The translations under genes were made by a program, and so were the position numbers. The notes under the pieces were generated by a model. It searched no databases, was not told the origin of the DNA, and saw only the letters and a program-made list of their open reading frames with translations. A DNA stretch of 32,000 nt from Crocosphaera subtropica ATCC 51142 (GTDB taxonomy: Bacteria > Cyanobacteriota > Cyanobacteriia > Cyanobacteriales > Microcystaceae): NCBI RefSeq assembly GCF_000017845.1, contig NC_010546.1, positions 2,670,001 through 2,702,000 on the forward strand, written 5' to 3'. Positions 19,273-28,167 of this stretch are shown piece after piece (within the stretch, counting starts at the first letter, position 1; each line of letters starts with the position of its first letter).

Positions 19273-20037
19273 ATGACTCAATATAAAGTTTATTATCTTC
19301 TACTTTTTTCTATTATTCTTCCTATCTCTATTAGTTGTCAAAATAATACTTCATCTTCATCTATAGAGTCTTCTCCTAAGATAATTTCTTCTCCGACTCC
19401 TCCTATTCAAGTTGTGTCTGCTGAAGACAAGAAAAAAGCGGCTAATCTAAGACAAATTGGCTTACAATATCGTCAACAAGGACAAATACAACAAGCCGTT
19501 AATTCCTTAGAAGAATCGGTAAATCTTGATCCAGAAAATATCTCTGGTTTAGTAGTATTAGGATGGACTTATCATTTAAACCAGCAGGGAGATGTGGCAA
19601 CAAAAACTCTAAAAAATGCTTTGAAAGTGGATAACAATCATGTTCCTGCGTTGAATGCTTTGGGAATTGTTTATTTAGTTAATAATGATTTAGATAAAGC
19701 AGTAGAAACCCATAATAAAGCTATCGATTTAAAACCAGATAACGAAATTGCTCACTATAATCTGAGTTTAGCTTATCATCGTCTGCAACAACCTGAGCAA
19801 GCAGAAATTCACGGAAAAAAAGCAACTTTACTTGAACCCGAAAACCCTCATCCTTGGGTAGCCTTAGCTTTAGTCTATCAGCAAAAAAAGGACAACCAAT
19901 CAATGAAAGAAACTTATAAAAAAGCGATAGCTTTAGACAGTCGTTATCGCCACATTAATTTTTTAAATCATTTAGAACAAGCAGGATTTAGTCAAAAACA
20001 AATTGAGGAAGTAAAACAAATATTAACTAAGCTTTAA
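19273..20037 (+). CDS. TPR-repeat protein with lipoprotein-type signal peptide
   Basis: The start lies 2 nt after the upstream stop. Signal LLLFSIILPISISC, then a Ser-rich linker, then about five TPR units (for example AVNSLEESVNLDPEN and AVETHNKAIDLKPDN). Confidence 0.75.
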   Translation: MTQYKVYYLLLFSIILPISISCQNNTSSSSIESSPKIISSPTPPIQVVSAEDKKKAANLRQIGLQYRQQGQIQQAVNSLEESVNLDPENISGLVVLGWTYHLNQQGDVATKTLKNALKVDNNHVPALNALGIVYLVNNDLDKAVETHNKAIDLKPDNEIAHYNLSLAYHRLQQPEQAEIHGKKATLLEPENPHPWVALALVYQQKKDNQSMKETYKKAIALDSRYRHINFLNHLEQAGFSQKQIEEVKQILTKL

Positions 20038-20113
20038 TAAAAAGAATATAAATCTGCTTTTCTTTTGCTAATTATTGATAAAATAAAAATAATCAACTTA
20101 CAAAAGTTTTCTA

Positions 20114-21058
20114 ATGAACGAAAATCTAGATTTAGGCAATTTATCAACTATTCCTATTGCTCCAGAAGGGTTTAAATCAGGATTTGTGGGGATAATTGGT
20201 CGTCCCAATGTGGGGAAATCAACCCTAATGAATCAACTAATCGGACAAAAAATAGCCATTACTTCCCCCGTTTCTCAAACCACTCGTAACCGACTACAGG
20301 GAATTTTGACTACAGACAAAGCCCAGATTATCTTTGTCGATACTCCAGGAATCCATAAACCCCATCATACCCTAGGAAAAATCATTGTAAAAAATGCAAA
20401 AACTGCCATTAATTCCGTTGATATTATCCTATTAGTAGTAGACAGTTCCGTAAAATCAGGAGGCGGCGATCGCTATATTATTGATCTCCTCAAAACTGTG
20501 AATCAGCCTGTAATTTTAGGATTGAATAAAAGCGATCAACAAACCGAAAAGTATCAAGAAATCGATGAAAGTTATGCCAATTTAATTCAAGACCATAATT
20601 GGCCAATGATTAAATTTTCTGCTCTCACAGGAGACGGTGTAGAAACCTTACAAAACACCTTAATTGAACAATTAGAACCAGGCCCCTATTATTATCCCCC
20701 TGACCTCATTACGGATCAACCCGAAAGGTTTATTATGGCAGAATTAATCAGAGAACAAATTTTACAATTGACCCGGCAAGAAGTTCCCCATTCCGTCGCT
20801 GTTACCATTGAAAAAGTAGAAGAAAGTCCCAAAATTACCAAAATTTTTGCAGCCATTAACGTTGAAAGAAGCTCCCAAAAAGGGATTATTATTGGCCAAA
20901 AAGGAAATATGCTCAAAGCCATTGGAACCACAGCCAGAGAACAAATTCAAAAATTAATTGCAGGAGAAGTATTTTTAAAACTCTTTGTTAAAGTAGAACC
21001 CCAATGGCGACAGTCTAACTTACGTTTAGCGGAATTTGGCTATCGAGTTGAAGAATAA
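20114..21058 (+). CDS. era: GTPase Era
   Basis: G1 GRPNVGKST, G2 region QTTRN, G3 DTPG, G4 NKSD, and a C-terminal KH domain (IIGQKGNMLKAIG). Confidence 0.95.
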   Translation: MNENLDLGNLSTIPIAPEGFKSGFVGIIGRPNVGKSTLMNQLIGQKIAITSPVSQTTRNRLQGILTTDKAQIIFVDTPGIHKPHHTLGKIIVKNAKTAINSVDIILLVVDSSVKSGGGDRYIIDLLKTVNQPVILGLNKSDQQTEKYQEIDESYANLIQDHNWPMIKFSALTGDGVETLQNTLIEQLEPGPYYYPPDLITDQPERFIMAELIREQILQLTRQEVPHSVAVTIEKVEESPKITKIFAAINVERSSQKGIIIGQKGNMLKAIGTTAREQIQKLIAGEVFLKLFVKVEPQWRQSNLRLAEFGYRVEE

Positions 21059-21153
21059 TCTTCACAAATATTCCTCAGAAACTATAATTTCTGCCAAGAA
21101 ACTGGGTACTCTAGGCCCAAGAGGCACTCATCCCAAGCTGATAGGACCCAGTC

Positions 21154-24100
21154 ATGAACAGTCGTTATTCTAACCCAGATCAATTTAGCGAAGAATTATT
21201 TGATAAAGATATTGCCCAACTTTTTGAAGACTTGGGCCAAGATTCAGATTGTTTAGAACCTGATGGGGAATTAGACGAATTAGCTAATTTATTTGAACAG
21301 GACTTATCAGCTACATCTGCTCTAGAAGAGTCTGACCCTTCGATGGATAGTTCTCTGTTGTCTTCTTTACCATCGGATGAAGAAATTAGCGATTTATTTT
21401 ATGATGACATCACTTGGGAAAACAATCATGATCACAAAAATCAGACCTCAGAAGAATGGCACAGAGATCACCCCACAGACAACAGAGAAGACGGCTTTTT
21501 TAACGATTTAACCTCCGCCTTTGAAGAATTTGTCCAAGATGATGAGATGGGAGAACTTCAGAAACTGTTAGGCACAGCAGAGTCCCATCAGGAAATCCCT
21601 TCACCCCTTTTATCTCTGTATCCCCCCTTAGAAACCTTAGCTTCACTTCTGGCACAACCTGCCACTCTTTCCACTGACGAGGTTTTAGATGAGGCAACCA
21701 TTGCCGAATTAGCTGCCTTGATTGCGGCCCCGGCCAAAGCTAAACAGACACCTCCCACCCCTGCCTTATCCCCAACTCAATCCACCCTTGCTTCAGGTTC
21801 CCAAGGCTCAGACTTGGATCTAGAAGATGATTTCAGGGATCTCGAAGCCCTCTTAGAACAAGCTGATCGTACCATGGGAGGGTCCCCCACCATAGCACCA
21901 TCCCCAGGAAAACGGTTTTCTGGAGGCACTTCAACCCGTGTCACGAAAACAAAAGCTTTTGAACAAACCATGCGGGTTCCCATTAAGCAACTGGATAATC
22001 TTAGTAATTTAATTGGGGAATTAGTGGTTAAACGCAATAGTTTAGAACAGGATCAAGAAAGACTCAGACAATTTTTAGATAACCTTCTCAACCAAGTCCA
22101 TAACCTCAGCGACGTGGGGGGGCGCATGCAAGATTTATACGAACGAACCCTACTCGAAGGAGCTTTATTAGCCAGTCGGAATCAAAGTCGTACTGAACCG
22201 AGTGATCCCTTTAGCACGAACAATGAGAATCATCCCGTGTCTAACCTACCTGGCAATGGAGAAGATCGGGATTTAGATGCCCTGGAAATGGATCGTTTTA
22301 CTGGTTTCCATTTACTCTCCCAAGAAATGATTGAACTGATTGTCAGGGTACGGGAATCGGCCTCTGATATTCAATTTTTAGTGGATGAAACCGAACAAGT
22401 CTCTCGCAACTTGCGACAAGTGACCACCCAACTGCAAGAAGGGATGACCAAATCTCGGATGGTTCCCTTTGCCAATACCGCCGATCGCTTACCCCGTGCT
22501 ATTCGGGAAATTTCGAGAAAATTACAAAAACAAGCCAAGCTACAAGTAGAAGGGCGGGATGTTCTCATCGATAAGATGATCTTAGAACAACTCTACGATC
22601 CCATGACCCACTTAGTGAATAACGCCATTACCCACGGTATCGAAGAACCGGCACTGAGACAAAAACAAGGCAAACCCAATGAAGGCCGAATCCAGTTACG
22701 CGCGTTTCTCCAAGGCAATCAAACCGTGATCACCGTTGCCGATGATGGGGGTGGTATCGATGCCGAACGTGTGAAGCGTAAAGCCATCGAAAAAGGGCTT
22801 ATTAGTCCTGAAGAAGCTAATATCCTCTCAGAAACCGAAATTTATGACTTCCTCTTTCATCCAGGATTTAGTACCCGTGACGAAGCCGATGATTTTGCCG
22901 GACGTGGGGTTGGGTTAGATGTGGTTCGCACCAGTTTACGAGACATTCGCGGTTCTGTTACCATCGATTCTCTTCGTGGCAAAGGAACCACCTTTACCAT
23001 TCGCTTACCCCTAACCCTCAGCATTAGTAAAGCCCTCTGTTGTATTAGTGATCGCGCTCGCATTGCTTTTCCTATGGATGGAGTCGAAGATATGAAAGAC
23101 TATCTCCCCAGAGATATAATGGAGGACGACACAGGGGAGCAATATGTAATCTGGAATGGCCAACGTCTGCCCGTCTATCCTCTCAACAATCTCTTGTCCT
23201 ATAACCGTCAACTGGGTCGCAATACCGTTTATGGGGGTCAACAAGAAGAAGAGACAGTCTCTTTAGTCATCTTAAGGGGGGCTGGCACCTTACTGGCTGT
23301 GCAAGTCGATCAGGTAATGGGAGAACAAGAAATTGTTATCAAACAAATTGAAGGACCTATTCCCAAACCGGCGGGAATTGCCGGGGCGACGGTACTGGGG
23401 GATGGGGCAATTATGCCGATTGGGGATGTTTTAGAATTGATCGCCATTGCCCAAGGACGCTTACGCACCGATACCGGTAGTAGTATCTGGCAAAAACAAG
23501 AATTAGGGTTTGAGACGTGGACAGGGGAACGGGCTGAACCGACGGTACTAATTGTGGATGATTCGATTACAGTACGAGAATTGTTATCTTTGAGCTTTAG
23601 TAAGTCCGGGTATCGAGTCGAACAGGCCCGAGATGGTCAAGAAGCTTGGGAAAAACTGCGATCGGGCTTACCCTGTGATTTGGTGTTCTGTGACATTGAA
23701 ATGCCCCGCATGAATGGCTTAGAGTTTCTATCCAATGTCCAAAAAGAAGCGGATCTTTCTCGATTACCTGTTGCTTTATTAACTTCCCGTGGTGCCGATC
23801 GCCATCGTAAGGTAGCCGCTAAATTAGGAGCAACCGCTTACTTTACCAAACCTTGTCCCGATCAAACCCTCATAGAAGCTGCCCAACGGATGTTGGCCGG
23901 AGAAATTTTATTATCCGGTAGCACTAAAAAGCCTATACCAAAACCCTCATCAGCTAATGATTCAGAAGGAAAGTCAACCCATGAGCAAGCTTCTTTTTCT
24001 GACAATCATACCGTGTTAATTATTGATGATTCGGTTATGGTCAGGGAAATGCTTTCTATGAGCTTTAGCAAGGCAGGATATGAGATAGAACAGGCCCGAG

Positions 24101-24408
24101 ATGGTCAAGAAGCTTGGGAAAAATTACGGGGTGGTTTATGTTGCAATTTAATCCTCTGTGATATCGAAATGCCAAGAATGACGGGGTTAGAATTGTTATC
24201 CCGTTTGCAAGAAGATAAGAAACTATCCCAGATTCCGATTGCTATGATTACCTCCCGTGGAGCGCAGAAAATGCAGCGTATTGCAGCCGAAAGAGGAGCA
24301 AAAGGCTATTTTGTCAAGCCTTACATTGAAGAGGTGTTATTAGATGCTGCTAAACGGTTAATTGCCGGGGAGATTTTACTGGAGGTTAACAGTCTCGTTG
24401 AGCAGTAA
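21154..24408 (+). CDS. CheA-like hybrid histidine kinase with CheW-like domain and two C-terminal receiver domains, no recognisable Hpt/P1 domain (PilL-C / Hik43-like)
   Basis: The first 270 aa or so are acidic and low-complexity. The dimerisation segment MRVPIKQLDNLSNLIGELVV starts at aa 273. HATPase N-box HLVNNAITHGIE, G1 DDGGGID, G2 GRGVGLDVV. CheW-like VDQVMGEQEIVIK...VLGDGAIMPI. REC1 starts at nt 23545 (VLIVDDS...CDIEMPRMNG...KP). REC2 starts at nt 24013 (VLIIDDS...CDIEMPRMTG...KP). Confidence 0.85.
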   Translation: MNSRYSNPDQFSEELFDKDIAQLFEDLGQDSDCLEPDGELDELANLFEQDLSATSALEESDPSMDSSLLSSLPSDEEISDLFYDDITWENNHDHKNQTSEEWHRDHPTDNREDGFFNDLTSAFEEFVQDDEMGELQKLLGTAESHQEIPSPLLSLYPPLETLASLLAQPATLSTDEVLDEATIAELAALIAAPAKAKQTPPTPALSPTQSTLASGSQGSDLDLEDDFRDLEALLEQADRTMGGSPTIAPSPGKRFSGGTSTRVTKTKAFEQTMRVPIKQLDNLSNLIGELVVKRNSLEQDQERLRQFLDNLLNQVHNLSDVGGRMQDLYERTLLEGALLASRNQSRTEPSDPFSTNNENHPVSNLPGNGEDRDLDALEMDRFTGFHLLSQEMIELIVRVRESASDIQFLVDETEQVSRNLRQVTTQLQEGMTKSRMVPFANTADRLPRAIREISRKLQKQAKLQVEGRDVLIDKMILEQLYDPMTHLVNNAITHGIEEPALRQKQGKPNEGRIQLRAFLQGNQTVITVADDGGGIDAERVKRKAIEKGLISPEEANILSETEIYDFLFHPGFSTRDEADDFAGRGVGLDVVRTSLRDIRGSVTIDSLRGKGTTFTIRLPLTLSISKALCCISDRARIAFPMDGVEDMKDYLPRDIMEDDTGEQYVIWNGQRLPVYPLNNLLSYNRQLGRNTVYGGQQEEETVSLVILRGAGTLLAVQVDQVMGEQEIVIKQIEGPIPKPAGIAGATVLGDGAIMPIGDVLELIAIAQGRLRTDTGSSIWQKQELGFETWTGERAEPTVLIVDDSITVRELLSLSFSKSGYRVEQARDGQEAWEKLRSGLPCDLVFCDIEMPRMNGLEFLSNVQKEADLSRLPVALLTSRGADRHRKVAAKLGATAYFTKPCPDQTLIEAAQRMLAGEILLSGSTKKPIPKPSSANDSEGKSTHEQASFSDNHTVLIIDDSVMVREMLSMSFSKAGYEIEQARDGQEAWEKLRGGLCCNLILCDIEMPRMTGLELLSRLQEDKKLSQIPIAMITSRGAQKMQRIAAERGAKGYFVKPYIEEVLLDAAKRLIAGEILLEVNSLVEQ

Positions 24409-24622
24409 GGACACCAATTAAGGTATGATAGTTCCTGAAGCAGTTTAAGATTTTCTGAAATTTTTCCGCACCGATGAAGGATTATCCTTCCCATAATGTG
24501 CATAAAATACATTCGCCATGATATAACATTTTTAAGTCTTATCTGCTGTTAGAGAAACATTACCAGTTGCGGTGGTGCATTCTCGTGAGGGATCAATACA
24601 CAATTTTAGGAGAATCATTGTA

Positions 24623-24991
24623 ATGAAAACTATTGTTCGTCTGTTTGCTATTTTGATGGTACTGATCAGTTCCGTTGGCTTTGTGGGGTCTGCGGTTGCT
24701 GCTGAATTAAACCCCGTCGATGCAAAGTTAACCACCGAATACGGTCAAAAAATTGACTTAAATAACGAAGATGTTCGTGGTTTCCGTCAACTTCGTGGGT
24801 TCTATCCCAACTTGGCCGCTAAAATCATCAAGTATTCTCCTTATGACAGCGTAGAAGAAGTCTTAGACATTCCTGGACTCAGTGAAAGACAAAGACAACG
24901 TTTAGAAGCTAATTTAGATAAGTTTGTGGTTACCCCTCCTTCTAGTGAGTTAAACGAAGGTGGCGATCGCATTAACCCTGGTCTTTACTAA
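24623..24991 (+). CDS. psbU: Photosystem II 12 kDa extrinsic protein PsbU
   Basis: The ATG at 24623 is preceded by AGGAGA. Signal peptide MKTIVRLFAILMVLISSVGFVGSAVA, then mature-protein motifs KIDLNNEDVRGFRQLRGFYPNLAAKII and YDSVEEVLDIPGLSERQ. The track's GTG at 24572 would add a non-signal extension and is unlikely. Confidence 0.92.
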   Translation: MKTIVRLFAILMVLISSVGFVGSAVAAELNPVDAKLTTEYGQKIDLNNEDVRGFRQLRGFYPNLAAKIIKYSPYDSVEEVLDIPGLSERQRQRLEANLDKFVVTPPSSELNEGGDRINPGLY

Positions 24992-25017
24992 ATCTTATCT
25001 CTGATTTTGATCATCGA

Positions 25018-25045
25018 CCCACTTCTGACAGAGGTGGGTTTTTTG
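25018..25045 (+). terminator. Intrinsic terminator of psbU
   Basis: CCCACTTCT (25018-25026) pairs with AGAGGTGGG (25030-25038) with one G-U pair and a 3-nt loop. TTTTTT follows at 25039-25044. Confidence 0.75.
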
Positions 25046-25094
25046 TTATGCCTGATTTATATAGCAGTTCCCGTACTTGTAAGGGGCAAAAACT

Positions 25095-25113
25095 GAGTTC
25101 GGAGTTCGGAGTT
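25095..25113. repeat. Tandem heptamer (GAGTTCG) x2.7, STRR-like
   Basis: Read directly in the intergenic sequence: gagttcg gagttcg gagtt. Confidence 0.6.
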
Positions 25114-25171
25114 ATAGTAAATCCGATTGCCATAACCCTCTTTATGCTATAGATACTGAAGAAGATTAAGG

Positions 25172-25960
25172 TTACGCTGTTTTGACGAAACGAATGATTT
25201 CCCTGACTTGATGCAGAAAGTTACTATCTTCGGTTAATTGGGAGATGGCTTTTCTTGCTTCTTTGGAAATTTCTTCATGTTCTAAAGCATTTTTAGCTTC
25301 TAGTTTATCTAATTGTACTGCAATTTTGATAACTTCTTGCCGTGTTCTATCCCAATTTCTTTCTTGTTGATTAATCCAAGAATTAGGATCATCAGCATTG
25401 AATTTATCATTTAAAGCGTTAACAGTTTTTTCTAGTAAATTAAAGCGATTTCTTAGTTCTAAAATATCTTCACGGGGGTATTTAATTTCTTGGCGAATAT
25501 TTGATAAACGATAAGCTAAATATTGATAACCTCGAATTGCAGGGCGTAATGCTGTTAATAATAATGTAGCAAAAGAACTCACATATCCCACCGTACTAAT
25601 TCCCAGTGCAGCTAGTTCATAAAGTCCTAATGCAGAGAGAAGATGAAGGGCGATCGCAACTAATAAAGCACCTCGACTGACAGTTTTAACATACTTCAAT
25701 TGTTTACTATCAACAGTAATCCCTTTATCTTGAGAAATGGCTGCTTCTGCGGACACTTCTTTGGCATCAAAATAAACATTCCAAGGAACCGTTACAATGG
25801 CTAATAACCACCAAAAACTAGCCACTCCAATGATCCAATCGAGAAAGTTGCCAGTGGGAATGTGTAACCATTGTAGAAGAAAAAAAGCCACTAAAACTAA
25901 AAAACCTAACCCAAAACTAAACCCAAAATACCAATAGTAATCGTAAGTATTTCTCATCAT
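25172..25960 (-). CDS. Hypothetical membrane protein: about four N-terminal TM helices plus a C-terminal coiled-coil tail
   Basis: Hydrophobic stretches FGFSFGLGFLVLVAFFLL, IIGVASFWWLLAIVTV, GALLVAIALHLLSALGLY and VSSFATLLLTAL. A charged heptad-rich tail of about 110 aa follows. I recognise no family motif. Confidence 0.6.
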   Translation of the reverse strand: MMRNTYDYYWYFGFSFGLGFLVLVAFFLLQWLHIPTGNFLDWIIGVASFWWLLAIVTVPWNVYFDAKEVSAEAAISQDKGITVDSKQLKYVKTVSRGALLVAIALHLLSALGLYELAALGISTVGYVSSFATLLLTALRPAIRGYQYLAYRLSNIRQEIKYPREDILELRNRFNLLEKTVNALNDKFNADDPNSWINQQERNWDRTRQEVIKIAVQLDKLEAKNALEHEEISKEARKAISQLTEDSNFLHQVREIIRFVKTA

Positions 25961-26062
25961 TCACTCACTAATTCTTAATTCTAGTTTTGCACTGGCTCAA
26001 AAATTTAGTTCAAGGTTTGTGACGGTTTATAAACTGTTCTATAAAATTAATTTCTGACTATT

Positions 26063-27328
26063 TCATATTAATTCAGTGATTACCTTCCCTTTAATTTCTT
26101 TACCTAACCAGGGAGTATTCTGATTTAAACATTGAAGCGTAGATGAACTCACCGTCCAAGTTTCTTGAGGATCAAAAACAATTAATTCTAAAGGATGACC
26201 AGCTTTAATAGGATTAACAATTTCTCCCATACATTTTCTAGGATTACTACTTAAAGCTTTCCATAACTTTAAAGCAGACAATGTTTTTGTTTCGACTAAC
26301 CTTTGCCACAATAAAGGTAAGACTAATGGTAAGCCGATCGCCCCAGGAGGAGACTCAGCAAAAGGAACCGTTTTTTCTTCATAGGTATAACCATGATGAT
26401 CAACAGCGATCGCATCGATGATCCCTTGAGAAATACCTTCAATTAAAGCCAAGCGATCGTCGGGGTTCCCTAAAGGGGGATCTAAGTGTAAATTGGGGTC
26501 ATAACTGGCAATATTTATGCTATCAAGTAATAGGTGCATCCAGGTGGTACTAGCAGTGATGGGAATACCCCTTGCTTTTCCCCAGGCGATTAATTCTACA
26601 GCCCGACGGGTAGAAATTCGCATTAAATGCACAGGGGTTTGTATGGCTGCTACCATTTCTAAAATAGTGGCTACTGCAGTGGCTTCTGTTATGGCCGGGT
26701 TTCCTGTCAGTCCATAAGTGGTGGAAAAATACCCTTCTCGCATTACACCATTGCCTTTAAGAGAAGGAAACTCAGCCACGATGGCTAACGGTTTTTTTAG
26801 GGGTTTCAAGTATTCTAAGACTCGTCTGAGTAACCCTAAATTTTCAATTCCTTGATTGTCTGTAAAACCAATGACTCCCCCTTTCGCTAATTCAGAAAAT
26901 TCGGTCATTTGTTGGCCGTTTTTTTCATGGGTGAGGGTTGCCCAAAAATCAAAGGTTACTGATGGAATGGACTGGGTTTGTTGTTTTAAGTGGCTAAGGG
27001 TAGCTAAATTATCAATAAGGGGTGAGGTATCAGGAAGGATAGCCACACGGGTAAATCCCCCGGCAACCGCAGCAGCAGCTAAACTCTGGAGGGTTTCTCT
27101 GTCTTCATAGCCAGGTTCTCCACTATAACTATACAAATCCATTAATCCTGGGGCAAGAATTAAGCCTTTCCCTTCGATAATTTTAGTTTCAGGGGGAATA
27201 TTATCCAGATGGGTGTCTATGGCTTGAATAATACCTGAACCTAATAAGACATCATTAATAATGCTGGTATTGGCTACAGGATCTAAGACTTGAATTTGTC
27301 GCAGTAATGTATGGGAAGAGTTTGTCAT
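26063..27328 (-). CDS. Dihydroorotase-like amidohydrolase-fold protein lacking the canonical metal-binding histidines (PyrC-prime-like)
   Basis: It aligns by eye with type-I dihydroorotases: GKGLILAPGLMDL..., AVAGGFT, GFTD, LALIEGISQGIIDAIAVDH. The D-x-H-x-H signature reads DLYSYS (YSY at nt 27125-27133). The HxxHxST motif reads HLMRIST. Confidence 0.8.
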   Translation of the reverse strand: MTNSSHTLLRQIQVLDPVANTSIINDVLLGSGIIQAIDTHLDNIPPETKIIEGKGLILAPGLMDLYSYSGEPGYEDRETLQSLAAAAVAGGFTRVAILPDTSPLIDNLATLSHLKQQTQSIPSVTFDFWATLTHEKNGQQMTEFSELAKGGVIGFTDNQGIENLGLLRRVLEYLKPLKKPLAIVAEFPSLKGNGVMREGYFSTTYGLTGNPAITEATAVATILEMVAAIQTPVHLMRISTRRAVELIAWGKARGIPITASTTWMHLLLDSINIASYDPNLHLDPPLGNPDDRLALIEGISQGIIDAIAVDHHGYTYEEKTVPFAESPPGAIGLPLVLPLLWQRLVETKTLSALKLWKALSSNPRKCMGEIVNPIKAGHPLELIVFDPQETWTVSSSTLQCLNQNTPWLGKEIKGKVITELI

Positions 27329-27534
27329 AGAACAATTACAGAAAGCAGAGGTTAATCTATCCTCACTGATTTTATATTGTCTGGTTCGCTAGTTTTTCTC
27401 TTTTGATATCTGCGAATATAAAAAAATCTTGTGTTTTATCCTAGTTATGACTAACTAGAAGCTTGTTTTATTTTAGAGTAATCCCTGCCTAGAATATATC
27501 TAGAATGTCTATTAATTAGAAATCAGAGGGGACG

Positions 27535-28167
27535 ATGTTAACGGTTATTTCGCCTGAAACAATCTATCTATCAGCCGGAACAGTGGTAAAATCACCCGCC
27601 ACTTGGCAAGAATATCAAGCATTATGCGATCGCAGAGGAGACTATTCAATTCCTCGGATTAAGTACCGTTGTGGAGAAGTTTTATTGATGTCACCGTTAC
27701 CTAAGCATGGACGAGAAGCCAGCTTAATTGCTGATATTATCAAAGTTCTTCTCGATCAATCTGGACGTGAATACGATGCTTTTACCCCAGTAACGATGCA
27801 ACTTCCTGAAGAAAACGGTATTGAACCAGACTATTGCTTTTATATCAACCATTGGCAAGCAATTTCCGGTAAGGAACGCATTGATTGGCTTAATGACCCA
27901 CCCCCAGATTTAGTGCTAGAAATTGATGTTACCAGCTATTCTGACGTAATAGACTATCTCCCTTATCAAGTCCCCGAAGTCTGGTTATTTCGTAACCAGC
28001 AACTGCTTATTTATCAACTTGAGGACAATAACTATTGTGCTAAATTACAAAGTCAGTATTTCCCAGAGATTAATCTTGCTGATGTGGTAGCACAATGTTG
28101 GGAAATTGCCTATCAACGCAATACCAGTGCAGCCATTCGCCATCTAAAGCAGTGGTTAGAAGAGTAG
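27535..28167 (+). CDS. Uma2-family (DUF820) PD-(D/E)xK putative endonuclease
   Basis: Typical Uma2 layout: WQEYQAL..., EVLLMSPLPKHGREAS, PDYCFYI, PDLVLEIDVTS. The family is highly expanded in cyanobacteria. Confidence 0.8.
   Translation: MLTVISPETIYLSAGTVVKSPATWQEYQALCDRRGDYSIPRIKYRCGEVLLMSPLPKHGREASLIADIIKVLLDQSGREYDAFTPVTMQLPEENGIEPDYCFYINHWQAISGKERIDWLNDPPPDLVLEIDVTSYSDVIDYLPYQVPEVWLFRNQQLLIYQLEDNNYCAKLQSQYFPEINLADVVAQCWEIAYQRNTSAAIRHLKQWLEE

Noticed and set aside
24476-24490. Perfect palindrome GAAGGAT-T-ATCCTTC about 130 nt upstream of psbU, a possible operator.
   Set aside because: A single 7-bp half-site palindrome is expected by chance in a window of this size. It matches no transcription-factor consensus I know, so I did not list it as a feature.
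24572-24622. Upstream GTG start for psbU, as given in the ORF track.
   Set aside because: It would put 17 non-hydrophobic residues ahead of the signal peptide. The ATG at 24623 has an AGGAGA Shine-Dalgarno at the correct distance and yields a canonical signal sequence.
24321-24735. Two minus-strand ORFs (63 and 67 aa) in the cheA-psbU spacer and the psbU 5' end.
   Set aside because: They overlap the 3' end of the kinase gene and the psbU signal-peptide region, have no RBS or recognisable features, and are probably noise.
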